A DNA stretch of 64,000 bases from Eledone cirrhosa. Taxonomy: Eukaryota. Below are positions 12,282-26,399 of the stretch, piece by piece. Below the pieces are notes generated by a model that made no database searches, was not told where the DNA came from, and was given only the letters and a program-made list of their open reading frames with translations. Where the stretch lies: assembly GCA_964016885.1 (NCBI GenBank), contig OZ024749.1, positions 20,460,001-20,524,000 on the forward strand. Direction: 5' to 3'. The position numbers and the translations under genes are program-made. Positions within the stretch are counted from its first letter, which is position 1. The number at the start of each line of letters is the position of its first letter.

Positions 12282-15200
12282 CCTACTTACAGCTAGGTGG
12301 ACTGTGACTGTTGACACACTACAGTGGACTATAGCAGACTGTGGTGCCTACTTACAGCTAGGTGGACTGTGACTGTTGACCGTACAGTGGACTGTGACTG
12401 TTGACAGTACAGTGTACTATACCAGACTGTGGTACCTACTTACAGCTAGGTGGACTGTGACTGTTGACAGTACAGTGGACTATACCATACTGTGGTACCT
12501 ACTTACAGCTAGGTGGACTGTGACTGTTGACATAGTACAGTGGACTATACAAACTGTGGTACCTACTTACAGCTATGTGGACTGAGCTGTTGACATAGTA
12601 CAGTTGACTATACCAGACTGTGGTACCTACTTACAACTAGCTGGACTGTGACTGTTGACAGTACAATGGACTACACCATACTCTGGTACCTACTTACAGC
12701 TAGGTGGACTGTGACTGTTGACATAGTACAGTGGACTATACCAACTGTGGTACCTACTTACAGCTATGTGGACTGAGCTGTTGACATAGTACAGTGGACT
12801 ATACCAGACTGTGGTACCTACTTACAGCTAGGTGGACTGTGACTGTTGGAGCAGTACAGTTGACTATACCATACTGTGGTACCTACTTACAGCTAGGTGG
12901 ACTGTGACTGTTGACAGTACCGTGGACTATACCATACTGTGGTACCTACTTACAGCTAGGTGGACTATGACTGTTGACAGTACAGTGGACTATACCAGAC
13001 TGTGGTACCTACTTACAGCTAGGTGGACTGTGACTGTTGGCAGTACAGTGGACTGTGACAGTTGGCAGTACAGTGGACTATACCATACTGTGGTACCTAC
13101 TTACAGCTAGGTGGACTGTGACTGTTGACAGTACAACGGACTATACCATACTGTGGTATCTACTTACAGCTAGGTGGACTGTGACTGTTGACAGTACAGT
13201 GGACTATACCAGACTGTGGTACCTACTTACAGCTAGGTGGACTCTGACTGTTGGCCGTACAGTGGACTCTACCATACTGTGGTACCTACTTACAGCTAGG
13301 TGGACTGTGACTGTTGACAGTACAGTGGACTATACCAGACTGTGGTACCTACTTACAGCTAGGTGGACTGTGACTGTTGACAGTGGACTATACCATACTG
13401 TGGTATCTACTTACAGCTAGGTGGACTGTGACTGTTGACAGTACAGTGGACTATACCAGACTGTGGTACCTACTTACAGCTATGTGGACTGTGACTGTTG
13501 GCACAGTACAGTGGACTATATCATACTGTGGTACCTACTTACAGCTAGGTGGACTGTGACTGTTGGCACAGTACAGTGGACTATATAATACTGTGGTACC
13601 TACTTACAGCTAGGTGGACTGTGACTGTTGACAGTACAGTGGACTATACCATACTGTGGTACCTACTTACAGCTAGGTGGACTGTGACTGTTGACAGTAC
13701 AGTGGACTATACCATAATGTGGTACCTACTTACAGCTAGATGGACTGTGATTGTTGACAGTAGAGTGGACTATACCACACTGTGGTACCTACTTACAGCT
13801 AGGTGGACTGTGACTGTTGGCACAGTACAGTGGACTATACCATACTGTGGTACCTACTTACAGCTAGGTGGACTGTGACTGTTGGCACAGTACAGTGGAC
13901 TATACCATACTGTGGTACCTACTTACAGCTAGGTGGACTGTGACTGTTGGCACAGTACAGTGGACTATACCATACTGTGGTACCTACTTACAGCTAGGTG
14001 AACTGTGACTGTTGGCACAGTACAGTGGACTATACCATACTGTGGTACCTACTTACAGCTAGGTGGACTGTGACTGTTGGCACAGTACAGTGGACTATAC
14101 CACACTGTGGTACCTACTTCCAGCTAGGTGGAATGTGACTGTTGGCACAGCACAGTGGACTATACCACACTGTGGTCCCTACTTACAGCTAGGTGGACTG
14201 TGACTGTTGACACAGTACAGTGGACTATACCAGACTGTGGTGCCTACTTACAGCTAGGTGGACTGTGACTGTTGACAGTACAGTGGACTGTGAGTGTTGA
14301 CAGTACAGTGTACTATACCAGACTGTGGTACCTACTTACAGCTAGCTGGACTGAGCTGTTGACGTAGTACAGTGGACTATACCATACTGTGGTACCTACT
14401 TACAACTAGCTGGACTGTGACTGTTGACAGTACAATGGACTACACCATACTCTGGTACCTACTTACAGCTAGGTGGACTGTGACTGTTGACATAGTACAG
14501 TGGACTATACCAACTGTGGTACCTACTTACAGCTATGTGGACTGAGCTGTTGACATATTACAGTGGACTATACCAGACTGTGGTACCTACTTATAGCTAG
14601 GTGGACTGTGACTGTTGGAGCAGTACAGTGGACTATACCATACTGTGGTACCTACTTACAGCTAGGTGGACTGTGACTGTTGACAGTACCGTGGACTATA
14701 CCATACTGTGGTACCTACTTACAGCTAGGTGGACTATCACTGTTGACAGTACAGTGGACTATACCAGACTGTGGTACCTACTTACAGCTAGGTGGACTGT
14801 GACTGTTGGCAGTACAGTGGACTGTGACTGTTGGCAGTACAGTGGACTATACCATACTGTGGTACCTACTTACAGCTAGGTGGACTGTGACTGTTGACAG
14901 TACAACGGACTATACCATACTGTGGTATCTACTTACAGCCAGGTGGACTGTGACTGTTGACAGTACTGTGGACTATACCAGACTGATACCTACTTACAGC
15001 TAGGTGGACTCTGACTGTTGGCCGTACAGTGGACTCTACCATACTGTGGTACCTACTTACAGCTAGGTGGACTGTGACTGTTGACAGTACAGTTGACTAT
15101 ACCAGACTGTGGTACCTACTTACAGCTAGGTGGACTGTGACTGTTGACACACTACAGTGGACTATAGCAGACTGTGGTGCCTACTTACAGCTAGGTGGAC

Positions 15201-17982
15201 TGTGACTGTTGACCGTACAGTGGACTGTGACTGTTGACAGTACAGTGTACTATACCAGACTGTGGTACCTACTTACAGCTAGGTGGACTGTGACTGTTGA
15301 CAGTACAGTGGACTATACCATACTGTGGTACCTACTTACAGCTAGGTGGACTGTGACTGTTGACATAGTACAGTGGACTATACAAACTGTGGTACCTACT
15401 TACAGCTATGTGGACTGAGCTGTTGACATAGTACAGTTGACTATACCAGACTGTGGTACCTACTTACAACTAGCTGGACTGTGACTGTTGACAGTACAAT
15501 GGACTACACCATACTCTGGTACCTACTTACAGCTAGGTGGACTGTGACTGTTGACATAGTACAGTGGACTATACCAACTGTGGTACCTACTTACAGCTAT
15601 GTGGACTGAGCTGTTGACATAGTACAGTGGACTATACCAGACTGTGGTACCTACTTACAGCTAGGTGGACTGTGACTGTTGGAGCAGTACAGTTGACTAT
15701 ACCATACTGTGGTACCTACTTACAGCTAGGTGGACTGTGACTGTTGACAGTACCGTGGACTATACCATACTGTGGTACCTACTTACAGCTAGGTGGACTA
15801 TGACTGTTGACAGTACAGTGGACTATACCAGACTGTGGTACCTACTTACAGCTAGGTGGACTGTGACTGTTGGCAGTACAGTGGACTGTGACAGTTGGCA
15901 GTACAGTGGACTATACCATACTGTGGTACCTACTTACAGCTAGGTGGACTGTGACTGTTGACAGTACAACGGACTATACCATACTGTGGTATCTACTTAC
16001 AGCTAGGTGGACTGTGACTGTTGACAGTACAGTGGACTATACCAGACTGTGGTACCTACTTACAGCTAGGTGGACTCTGACTGTTGGCCGTACAGTGGAC
16101 TCTACCATACTGTGGTACCTACTTACAGCTAGGTGGACTGTGACTGTTGACAGTACAGTGGACTATACCAGACTGTGGTACCTACTTACAGCTAGGTGGA
16201 CTGTGACTGTTGACAGTGGACTATACCATACTGTGGTATCTACTTACAGCTAGGTGGACTGTGACTGTTGACAGTACAGTGGACTATACCAGACTGTGGT
16301 ACCTACTTACAGCTATGTGGACTGTGACTGTTGGCACAGTACAGTGGACTATATCATACTGTGGTACCTACTTACAGCTAGGTGGACTGTGACTGTTGGC
16401 ACAGTACAGTGGACTATATAATACTGTGGTACCTACTTACAGCTAGGTGGACTGTGACTGTTGACAGTACAGTGGACTATACCATACTGTGGTACCTACT
16501 TACAGCTAGGTGGACTGTGACTGTTGACAGTACAGTGGACTATACCATAATGTGGTACCTACTTACAGCTAGATGGACTGTGATTGTTGACAGTAGAGTG
16601 GACTATACCACACTGTGGTACCTACTTACAGCTAGGTGGACTGTGACTGTTGGCACAGTACAGTGGACTATACCATACTGTGGTACCTACTTACAGCTAG
16701 GTGGACTGTGACTGTTGGCACAGTACAGTGGACTATACCATACTGTGGTACCTACTTACAGCTAGGTGGACTGTGACTGTTGGCACAGTACAGTGGACTA
16801 TACCATACTGTGGTACCTACTTACAGCTAGGTGAACTGTGACTGTTGGCACAGTACAGTGGACTATACCATACTGTGGTACCTACTTACAGCTAGGTGGA
16901 CTGTGACTGTTGGCACAGTACAGTGGACTATACCACACTGTGGTACCTACTTCCAGCTAGGTGGAATGTGACTGTTGGCACAGCACAGTGGACTATACCA
17001 CACTGTGGTCCCTACTTACAGCTAGGTGGACTGTGACTGTTGACACAGTACAGTGGACTATACCAGACTGTGGTGCCTACTTACAGCTAGGTGGACTGTG
17101 ACTGTTGACAGTACAGTGGACTGTGAGTGTTGACAGTACAGTGTACTATACCAGACTGTGGTACCTACTTACAGCTAGCTGGACTGAGCTGTTGACGTAG
17201 TACAGTGGACTATACCATACTGTGGTACCTACTTACAACTAGCTGGACTGTGACTGTTGACAGTACAATGGACTACACCATACTCTGGTACCTACTTACA
17301 GCTAGGTGGACTGTGACTGTTGACATAGTACAGTGGACTATACCAACTGTGGTACCTACTTACAGCTATGTGGACTGAGCTGTTGACATATTACAGTGGA
17401 CTATACCAGACTGTGGTACCTACTTATAGCTAGGTGGACTGTGACTGTTGGAGCAGTACAGTGGACTATACCATACTGTGGTACCTACTTACAGCTAGGT
17501 GGACTGTGACTGTTGACAGTACCGTGGACTATACCATACTGTGGTACCTACTTACAGCTAGGTGGACTATCACTGTTGACAGTACAGTGGACTATACCAG
17601 ACTGTGGTACCTACTTACAGCTAGGTGGACTGTGACTGTTGGCAGTACAGTGGACTGTGACTGTTGGCAGTACAGTGGACTATACCATACTGTGGTACCT
17701 ACTTACAGCTAGGTGGACTGTGACTGTTGACAGTACAACGGACTATACCATACTGTGGTATCTACTTACAGCCAGGTGGACTGTGACTGTTGACAGTACT
17801 GTGGACTATACCAGACTGATACCTACTTACAGCTAGGTGGACTCTGACTGTTGGCCGTACAGTGGACTCTACCATACTGTGGTACCTACTTACAGCTAGG
17901 TGGACTGTGACTGTTGACAGTACAGTTGACTATACCAGACTGTGGTACCTACTTACAGCTAGGTGGACTGTGACTGTTGACA
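12282..17982. repeat. Tandem duplication, period 2833 bp (2 copies)
   Basis: Seven ORF pairs are offset by exactly 2833 (12376/15209 through 14806/17639). Private variants GACACACTAC, ACCATAATGT, GTTGACGTAG, ACAGCCAGG and GACTGATACC (14981/17814) occur in both copies. Confidence 0.93.
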
Positions 17983-18799
17983 GTGGACTATACCATACTG
18001 TGGTATCTACTTACAGCTAGTTGGACTGTGACAGTTGACAGTACAGTGGACTATACCAGACTGTGGTACCTACTTACAGCTAGGTGGACTGTGACTGTTG
18101 GCACAGTACAGTGGACTATATCATACTGTGGTACCTACTTACAGCTAGGTGGACTGTGACTGTTGGCACAGTACAGTGGACTATATAATACTGTGGTACC
18201 TACTTACAGCTAGGTGGACTGTGACTGTTGACAGTACAGTGGACTATACCATACTGTGGTACCTACTTACAGCTAGGTGGACTGTGACTGTTGACAGTAC
18301 AGTGGACTATACCATACTGTGGTACCTACTTACAGCTAGATGGACTGTGATTGTTGACAGTAGAGTGGACTATACCACACTGTGGTACCTACTTACAGCT
18401 AGGTGGACTGTGACTGTTGGCACAGTACAGTGGACTATACCATACTGTGGTACCTACTTACAGCTAGGTGGACTGTGACTGTTGGCACAGTACAGTGGAC
18501 TATACCATACTGTGGTACCTACTTACAGCTAGGTGGACTGTGACTGTTGGCACAGTACAGTGGACTATACCATACTGTGGTACCTACTTACAGCTAGGTG
18601 AACTGTGACTGTTGGCACAGTACAGTGGACTATACCATACTTTGGTACCTACTTACAGCTAGGTGGACTGTGACTGTTGGCACAGTACAGTGGACTATAC
18701 CATACTGTGGTACCTACCTACAGCTAGGTGGACTGTGACTGTTGGCACAGTACAGTGGAATATTTCATACAGTGGTACCTACTTACAGCTAGGTGGACT

Positions 18800-21700
18800 G
18801 TGACTGTTGGGACAGTACAGTGGACTATACCATACTGTGGTCCCTACTTACAGCAAGGTGGACTGTGACTGTTGGCACAGTACAGTGGACTATACCATAC
18901 TGTGGTACCTACTTACATCTAGGTAGACTGTGACTGTTGACAGTACAGTGGACTATACCATACTGTGGTACCTACTTACAGCTAGGTGGACTGTGACTGT
19001 TGACAGTAGAGTGGACTATACCACACTGTGGTACCTACTTACAGCTAGGTGGACTGTGACTGTTGGCACAGTACAGTGGACTATACCATACTGTGGTACC
19101 TACTTACAGCTAGGTGGACTGTGACTGTTGGCACAGTACAGTGGACTATACCATACTGTGGTACCTACTTACAGCTAGGTGGACTGTGACTGTTGGCACA
19201 GTACAGTGGATTATACCATACTGTGGTACCTACTTACAGCTAGGTGGACTGTGACTGTTGGCACAGTACAGTGGACTATATCATACTGTGGTACCTACTT
19301 ACAGCTAGGTAGACTGTGACTGTTGGCACAGTACAGTGGACTATATAATACTCTGGTACCTACTTACAGCTAGGTGGACTGTGACTGTTGACAGTACAGT
19401 GGACTATACCATACTGTGGTACCTACTTACAGCTAGGTGGACTGTGACTGTTGACAGTACAGTGGACTATACCATACTGTGGTACCTACTTACAGCTAGA
19501 TGGACTGTGATTGTTGACAGTAGAGTGGACTATACCACACTGTGGTACCTACTTACAGCTAGGTGGACTGTGACTGTTGGCACAGTACAGTGGACTATAC
19601 CATACTGTGGTACCTACTTACAGCTAGGTGGACTGTGACTGTTGGCACAGTACAGTGGACTATACCATACTGTGGTACCTACTTACAGCTAGGTGGACTG
19701 TGACTTTTGGCACAGTACAGTGGACTATACCATACTGTGGTACCTACTTACAGCTAGGTGAACTGTGACTGTTGGCACAGTACAGTGGACTATACCATAC
19801 TGTGGTACCTACTTACAGCTAGGTGGACTGTGACTGTTGGCACAGTACAGTGGACTATACCATACTGTGGTACCTACTTACAGCTAGGTGGACTGTGACT
19901 GTTGGCACAGTACAGTGGAATATATCATACAGTGGTACCTACTTACAGCTAGGTGGACTGTGACTGTTGACATTACAGTGGACTATACCACACTGTGGTA
20001 CCTACTTACAGCTAGGTGGACTGCGACTGTTGGCACAGTACAGTGGACTATACCGTACTTTGGTACCTACTTACAGCTAGGTGGACTGCGACTGTTGGCA
20101 CAGTACAGTGGACTATACCAGACTGTGGTACCTACTTACAGCTAGGTGGACTGTGACTGTTGACACCGTACAGTGGACTATACCATACTGTGGTACCTAC
20201 TTACAGCTAGGTGGACTGTGAGTGTTGAGAGTACAGTGGACTATACCATACTGTGGTACCTACTTACAGCTAGGTGGACTGTGACTGTTGGCACAGTACA
20301 GTGAACTATACCATACTGTGGTACCTACTTACAGCTAGGTGGACTGTGACTGTTGGCACAGTACAGTGGACTATACCACACTGTGGTACCTACTTCCAGC
20401 TAGGTGGACTGTGACTGTTGGCACAGCACAGTGGACTATACCACACAGTGGTCCCTACTTACAGCTAGGTGGACTGTGACTGTTGACATAGTACAGTGGA
20501 CTATACCAGACTGTGGTGCCTACTTACAGCTAGGTGGACTGTGACTGTTGACAGTACAGTGGACTGTGACTGTTGACAGTACAGTGTACTATACCAGACT
20601 GTGGTACCTACTTACAGCTAGGTGGACTGTGACTGTTGACATAGTACAGTGGACTATACCAACTGTGGTACCTACTTACAGCTAGCTGGACTGAGCTGTT
20701 GACATAGTACAGTGGACTATACCATACTGTGGTACCTACTTACAACTAGCTGGACTTTGACTGTTGACAGTACGATGGACTACACCATACTCTGGTACCT
20801 ACTTACAGCTAGGTGGACTGTGACTGTTGACATAGTACAGTGGATTATACCAACTGTGGTACCTACTTACAGCTATGTGGACTGAGCTGTTGACATAGTA
20901 CAGTGGACTATACCAGACTGTGGTACCTACTTACAGTTAGTTGGACTGTGACTGTTGGAGCAGTACAGTGGACTATACCATACTGTGGTACCTACTTACA
21001 GCTAGGTGGACTGTGACTGTTGACAGTACCGTGGACTATACCATACTGTGGTACCTACTTACAGCTAGGTGGACTATGACTGTTGACAGTACAGTGGACT
21101 ATACCAGACTGTGGTACCTACTTACAGCTAGGTGGACTGTGACTGTTGGCAGTACAGTGGACTGTGACTGTTGGCATTACAGTGGACTCTACCATACTGT
21201 GGTACCTACTTACAGCTAGGTGGACTGTGACTGTTGATAGTACAACGGACTATACCATACTGTGGTATCTACTTACAGCTAGGTGGACTGTGACTGTTGA
21301 CAGTACAGTGGACTATACCAGACTGTGGTACCTACTTACAGCTAGGTGGACTGTGACTGTTGACAGTGGACTATACCATACTGTGGTACCAACTTACAGC
21401 TAGGTGGACTGTGACTGTTGACAGTACAGTGGACTATACCAGACTGTGGTACCTACTTACAGCTAGGTGGACTGTGACTATTGGCAGTACAGTGGACTAT
21501 ACCATACTGTGGTGGTGCCTACTTACAGCTAGGTGGACTGCGACTGTTGGCACAGTACAGTGGACTATACCATACTGTGGTGGTGCCTACTTACAGCTAG
21601 GTGGACTGTGACTGTTGGGACAGTACAGTGGACTATACCATACTGTGGTCCCTACTTACAGCAAGGTGGACTGTGACTGTTGGCACAGTACAGTGGACTA

Positions 21701-23600
21701 TACCATACTGTGGTACCTACTTACATCTAGGTAGACTGTGACTGTTGACAGTACAGTGGACTATACCATACTGTGGTACCTACTTACAGCTAGGTGGACT
21801 GTGACTGTTGACAGTAGAGTGGACTATACCACACTGTGGTACCTACTTACAGCTAGGTGGACTGTGACTGTTGGCACAGTACAGTGGACTATACCATACT
21901 GTGGTACCTACTTACAGCTAGGTGGACTGTGACTGTTGGAACAGTACAGTCGACTATACCATACTGTGGTACCTACTTACAACTAGGTGGACTGTGACTG
22001 TTGGCACAGTACAGTGGACTATACCATACTGTGGTACCTACTTACAGCTAGGTGGACTGTGACTGTTGGCACAGTACAGTGGACTATACCATACTGTGGT
22101 ACCTACTTACAGCTAGGTGGACTGTGACTGTTGGCACAGTACAGTGGACTATATCATACTGTGGTACCTACTTACAGCTAGGTGGACTGTGACTGTTGGC
22201 ACAGTACAGTGGACTATATAATACTGTGGTACCTACTTACAGGTAGGTGGACTGTGACTGTTGACAGTACAGTGGACTATACCATACTGTGGTACCTACT
22301 TACAGCTAGGTGGACTGTGACTGTTGACAGTACAGTGGACTATACCATACTGTGGTACCTACTTACAGCTAGATGGACTGTGATTGTTGACAGTAGAGTG
22401 GACTATACCACACTGTGGTACCTACTTACAGCTAGGTGGACTGTGACTGTTGGCACAGTACAGTGGACTATACCATACTGTGGTACCTACTTACAGCTAG
22501 GTGGACTGTGACTGTTGGCACGGTACAGTGGACTATACCATACTGTGGTACCTACTTACAGCTAGGTAGACTGAGACTGTTGGCACAGTACAGTGGACTA
22601 TACCATACTGTGGTACCTACTTACAGCTAGGTGAACTGTGACTGTTGGCACAGTACAGTGGACTATACCATACTTTGGTACCTACTTACAGCTAGGTGGA
22701 CTGTGACTGTTGGCACATTACAGTGGACTATACCATACTGTGGTACCTACTTACAGCTAGGTGGACTGTGACTGTTGGCACAGTACAGTGGAATATATCA
22801 TACAGTGGTACCTACTTACAGCTAGGTGGACTGTGACTGTTGACAGTACAGTGGACTATACCACACTGTGGTACCTACTTACAGCTAGGTGGACTGCGAC
22901 TGTTGGCACAGTACAGTGGACTATACCATACTTTGGTACCTACTTACAGCTAGGTGGACTGCGACTGTTGGCACAGTACAGTGGACTATACCATACTGTG
23001 GTACCTACTTACAGCTAGGTGGACTGCGACTGTTGGCACAGTACAGTGGACTATACCAGACTGTGGTACCTACTTACAGCTAGGTGGACTGTGACTGTTG
23101 ACACCGTACAGTGGACTATACCATACTGTGGTACCTACTTACAGCTAGGTGGACTGTGAGTGTTGAGAGTACAGTGGACTATACCATACTGTGGTACCTA
23201 CTTACAGCTAGGTGGACTGTGACTGTTGGCACAGTACAGTGGACTATACCATACTGTGGTACCTACTTACAGCTAGGTGGACTGTGACTGTTGGCACAGT
23301 ACAGTGGACTATACCATACTGTGGTACCTGCTTACAGCTAGGTGGACTGTGACTGTTGGCACAGTACAGTGGACTATACCACACTGTGGTACCTACTTCC
23401 AGCTAGGTGGACTGTGACTGTTGGCACAGCACAGTGGACTATACCACACTGTGGTCCCTACTTACAGCTAGGTGGACTGTGACTGTTGACACAGTACAGT
23501 GGACTATACCAGACTGTGGTACCTACTTACAGCTAGGTGGACTGTGACTGTTGACAGTACAGTGGACTGTGACTGTTGACAGTACATTGTACTATACCAG
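18800..23600. repeat. Imperfect duplication, ~18.8-20.6 kb vs ~21.6-23.6 kb (offsets ~2808-2873+)
   Basis: ORF offsets are 18930/21738 and 19888/22761. AGATGGACTGTGATTG occurs at 19498/22371. The order of GGGACAG, GCAAGG, CATCTAGGTAGA, GAATATATCATACAG, GACACCGT and GAGTGTTGAGAG is shared. Confidence 0.75.
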
Positions 23601-26399
23601 ACTGTGGTACCTACTTACAGCAAGGTGGACAGAGCTGTTGCCATAGTACAGTGGACTATACCATACTGTGGTACCTACTTACAACTAGGTGGACTGAGCT
23701 GTTAGCACAGTACAGTGGACTATATTATACTGTGGTACCTACTTACAGCTAGGTGGACTGAGCTGTTGACATAATACAGTGGACTATACCATACTGTGGT
23801 ACCTACTTACAGCTATGTGGACTGTGACTGTTGACAGTACAATGGACTATACCATACTGTGGTACCTACTTACAGCTAGGTGGACTGAGCTGTTGACATA
23901 GTACAGTGGACTATACCATACTGTGGTACCTACTTACAGCTAGGTGGACTGTGAATGTTGGCAGTACAGTGGACTATACCATACTGTGGTGCCTACTTAC
24001 AGCTAGGTGGACTGTGACTGTTGACAGTTCAGTGGACTATACCATACTGTGGTGCCTACTTACAGCTAGGTGGACTGTGACTGTTGACATAGTACAGTGG
24101 ACTATACCATACTGTGGTACCTACTTACAGCTAGGTGGACTGTGACTGTTGACATAGTAGTGGACTATACCATACTGTGGTACCTACTTACAGCTAGGTG
24201 GACTGTGACTGTTGACATAGTACAGTGGACTATACCATACTGTGATAACTACTTACAGCTAGGTGGACTGAGCTGTTGACATAGTACAGTGGACTATACC
24301 ATACTGTGGTACCTACTTACAGCTAGGTGGACTGTGACTGTTGACAGTACAGTGGACTATACCATACTGTGGTACCTACTTACAGCTAGGTGGACTGTGA
24401 CTGTTGACATAGTACAGTGGACTATACCAACTGTGGTACCTACTTACAGCTAACTGGACTGAGCTGTTGACATAGTACAGTGGACTATACCATACTGTGG
24501 TACCTACTAACAACTAGCTGGACTGTGACTGTTGACAGTACAATGGACTATACCATACTCTGGTACCTACTTACAGCTAGGTGGACTGTGACTGTTGACA
24601 TAGTACAGTGGACTATACCAACTGTGGTACCTACTTACAGCTAGGTGGACTGTGAATGTTGGCAGTACAGTGGACTATACCATACTGTGGTACCTACTTA
24701 CAACTAGGTGGACTGTGACTGTTGACAGTACAGTGGACTATACCAGACTGTGGTACCTACTTACAGCTAGGTGGACTGTGACTGTTGGCACAGTACAGTG
24801 GAATATATCATACAGTGGTACCTACTTACAGCTAGGTGGACTGTGACTGTTGACATTACAGTGGATTATACCACACTGTGGTACCTACTTAAAGCTAGGT
24901 GGACTGCGACTGTTGGCACAGTACAGTGGACTATACCATACTGTGGTACCTACTTACAGCTAGGTGGACTGCGACTGTTGGCACAGTACAGTGGACTATA
25001 CCAGACTGTGGTACCTACTTACAGCTAGGTGGACTGTGACTGTTGACAGTACAGTGGACTATACCAGACTGTGGTACCTACTTACAGCTAGGTGGACTGT
25101 GACTGTTGACAGTACAGTGGACTATACCATACTGTGGTACCTACTTACAGCTAGGTGGACTGTGACTGTTGGCACAGTACAGTGGACTATACCATACTGT
25201 GGTACCTACTTACAGCTAGGTGGACTGTGACTGTTGACAGTACAGTGGACTATACCATACTGTGGTGCCTACTTACAGCTAGGTGGACTGTGACTGTTGA
25301 CAGTACAGTGGACTATACCATACTGTAGTACCTACTTACAGCTAGGTGGACCGTGACTGTTGACAGTACAGTGGACTATACCATACTGTGGTACCTACTG
25401 ACAGCTAGGTGGACTGAGATGTTGACATAGTACAGTGGACTATACCATACTGTGGTACCTACTTACAGCTAGGTGGACTGTGACTGTTGACAGTACAGTG
25501 GACTATACCATACTGTGGTGCCTACTTACAGCTAGGTGGACTGTGACTGTTGACATAGTACAGTGGACTATACCATACTGTGGTACCTACTTACAGCTAG
25601 GTGGACTGTGACTGTTGACAGTACAGTGGACTATACCATACTGTGGTACCTACTTACAGCTAGGTGGACTGTGACTGTTGATAGTACAGTGGACTATACC
25701 ATACTGTGGTACCTACTTACAGCTAGGTGGACAGTGACTGTTGACAGTACAGTGGACTATACCATACTGTGGTACCTACTTACAGCTAGGTGGAATGTGA
25801 CTGTTGACAGTACAGTGGACTATACCATACTGTGGTACCTACTTACAGCTAGGTGGACTGTGACTGTTGACACAGTACAGTGGACTATACCAGTCTGTGG
25901 TACCTACTTACAGCTAGGTGGACTGTGACTGTTGGCAGTACAGTGGACTGTGACTGTTGGCAGTACAGTGGACTATACCATACTGTGGTACCTACTTACA
26001 GCTAGGTGGACTGTGACTGTTGACAGTACAATGGACTATACCATACTGTGGTATCTACTTACAGCTAGGTGGACTGTGACTGTTGACAGTACAGTGGACT
26101 ATACCAGTTTGTGGTACCTACTTACAGCTAGGTGGACTCTGACTGTTGGCCGTACAGTGGACTCTACCATACTGTGGTACCTACTTACAGCTAGGTGGAC
26201 TGTGACTGTTGACAGTACAGTGGACTATACCAGACTGTGGTACCTACTTACAGCTAGGTGGACTGTTACTGTTGACAGTGGACTATACCATACTGTGGTA
26301 TCTACTTACAGCTAGTTGGACTGTGACTTTTGACAGTACAGTGGACTATGCCAGACTGTTGTGGTGCCTACTTACAGCTAGGTGGACTGTGACTGTTGG

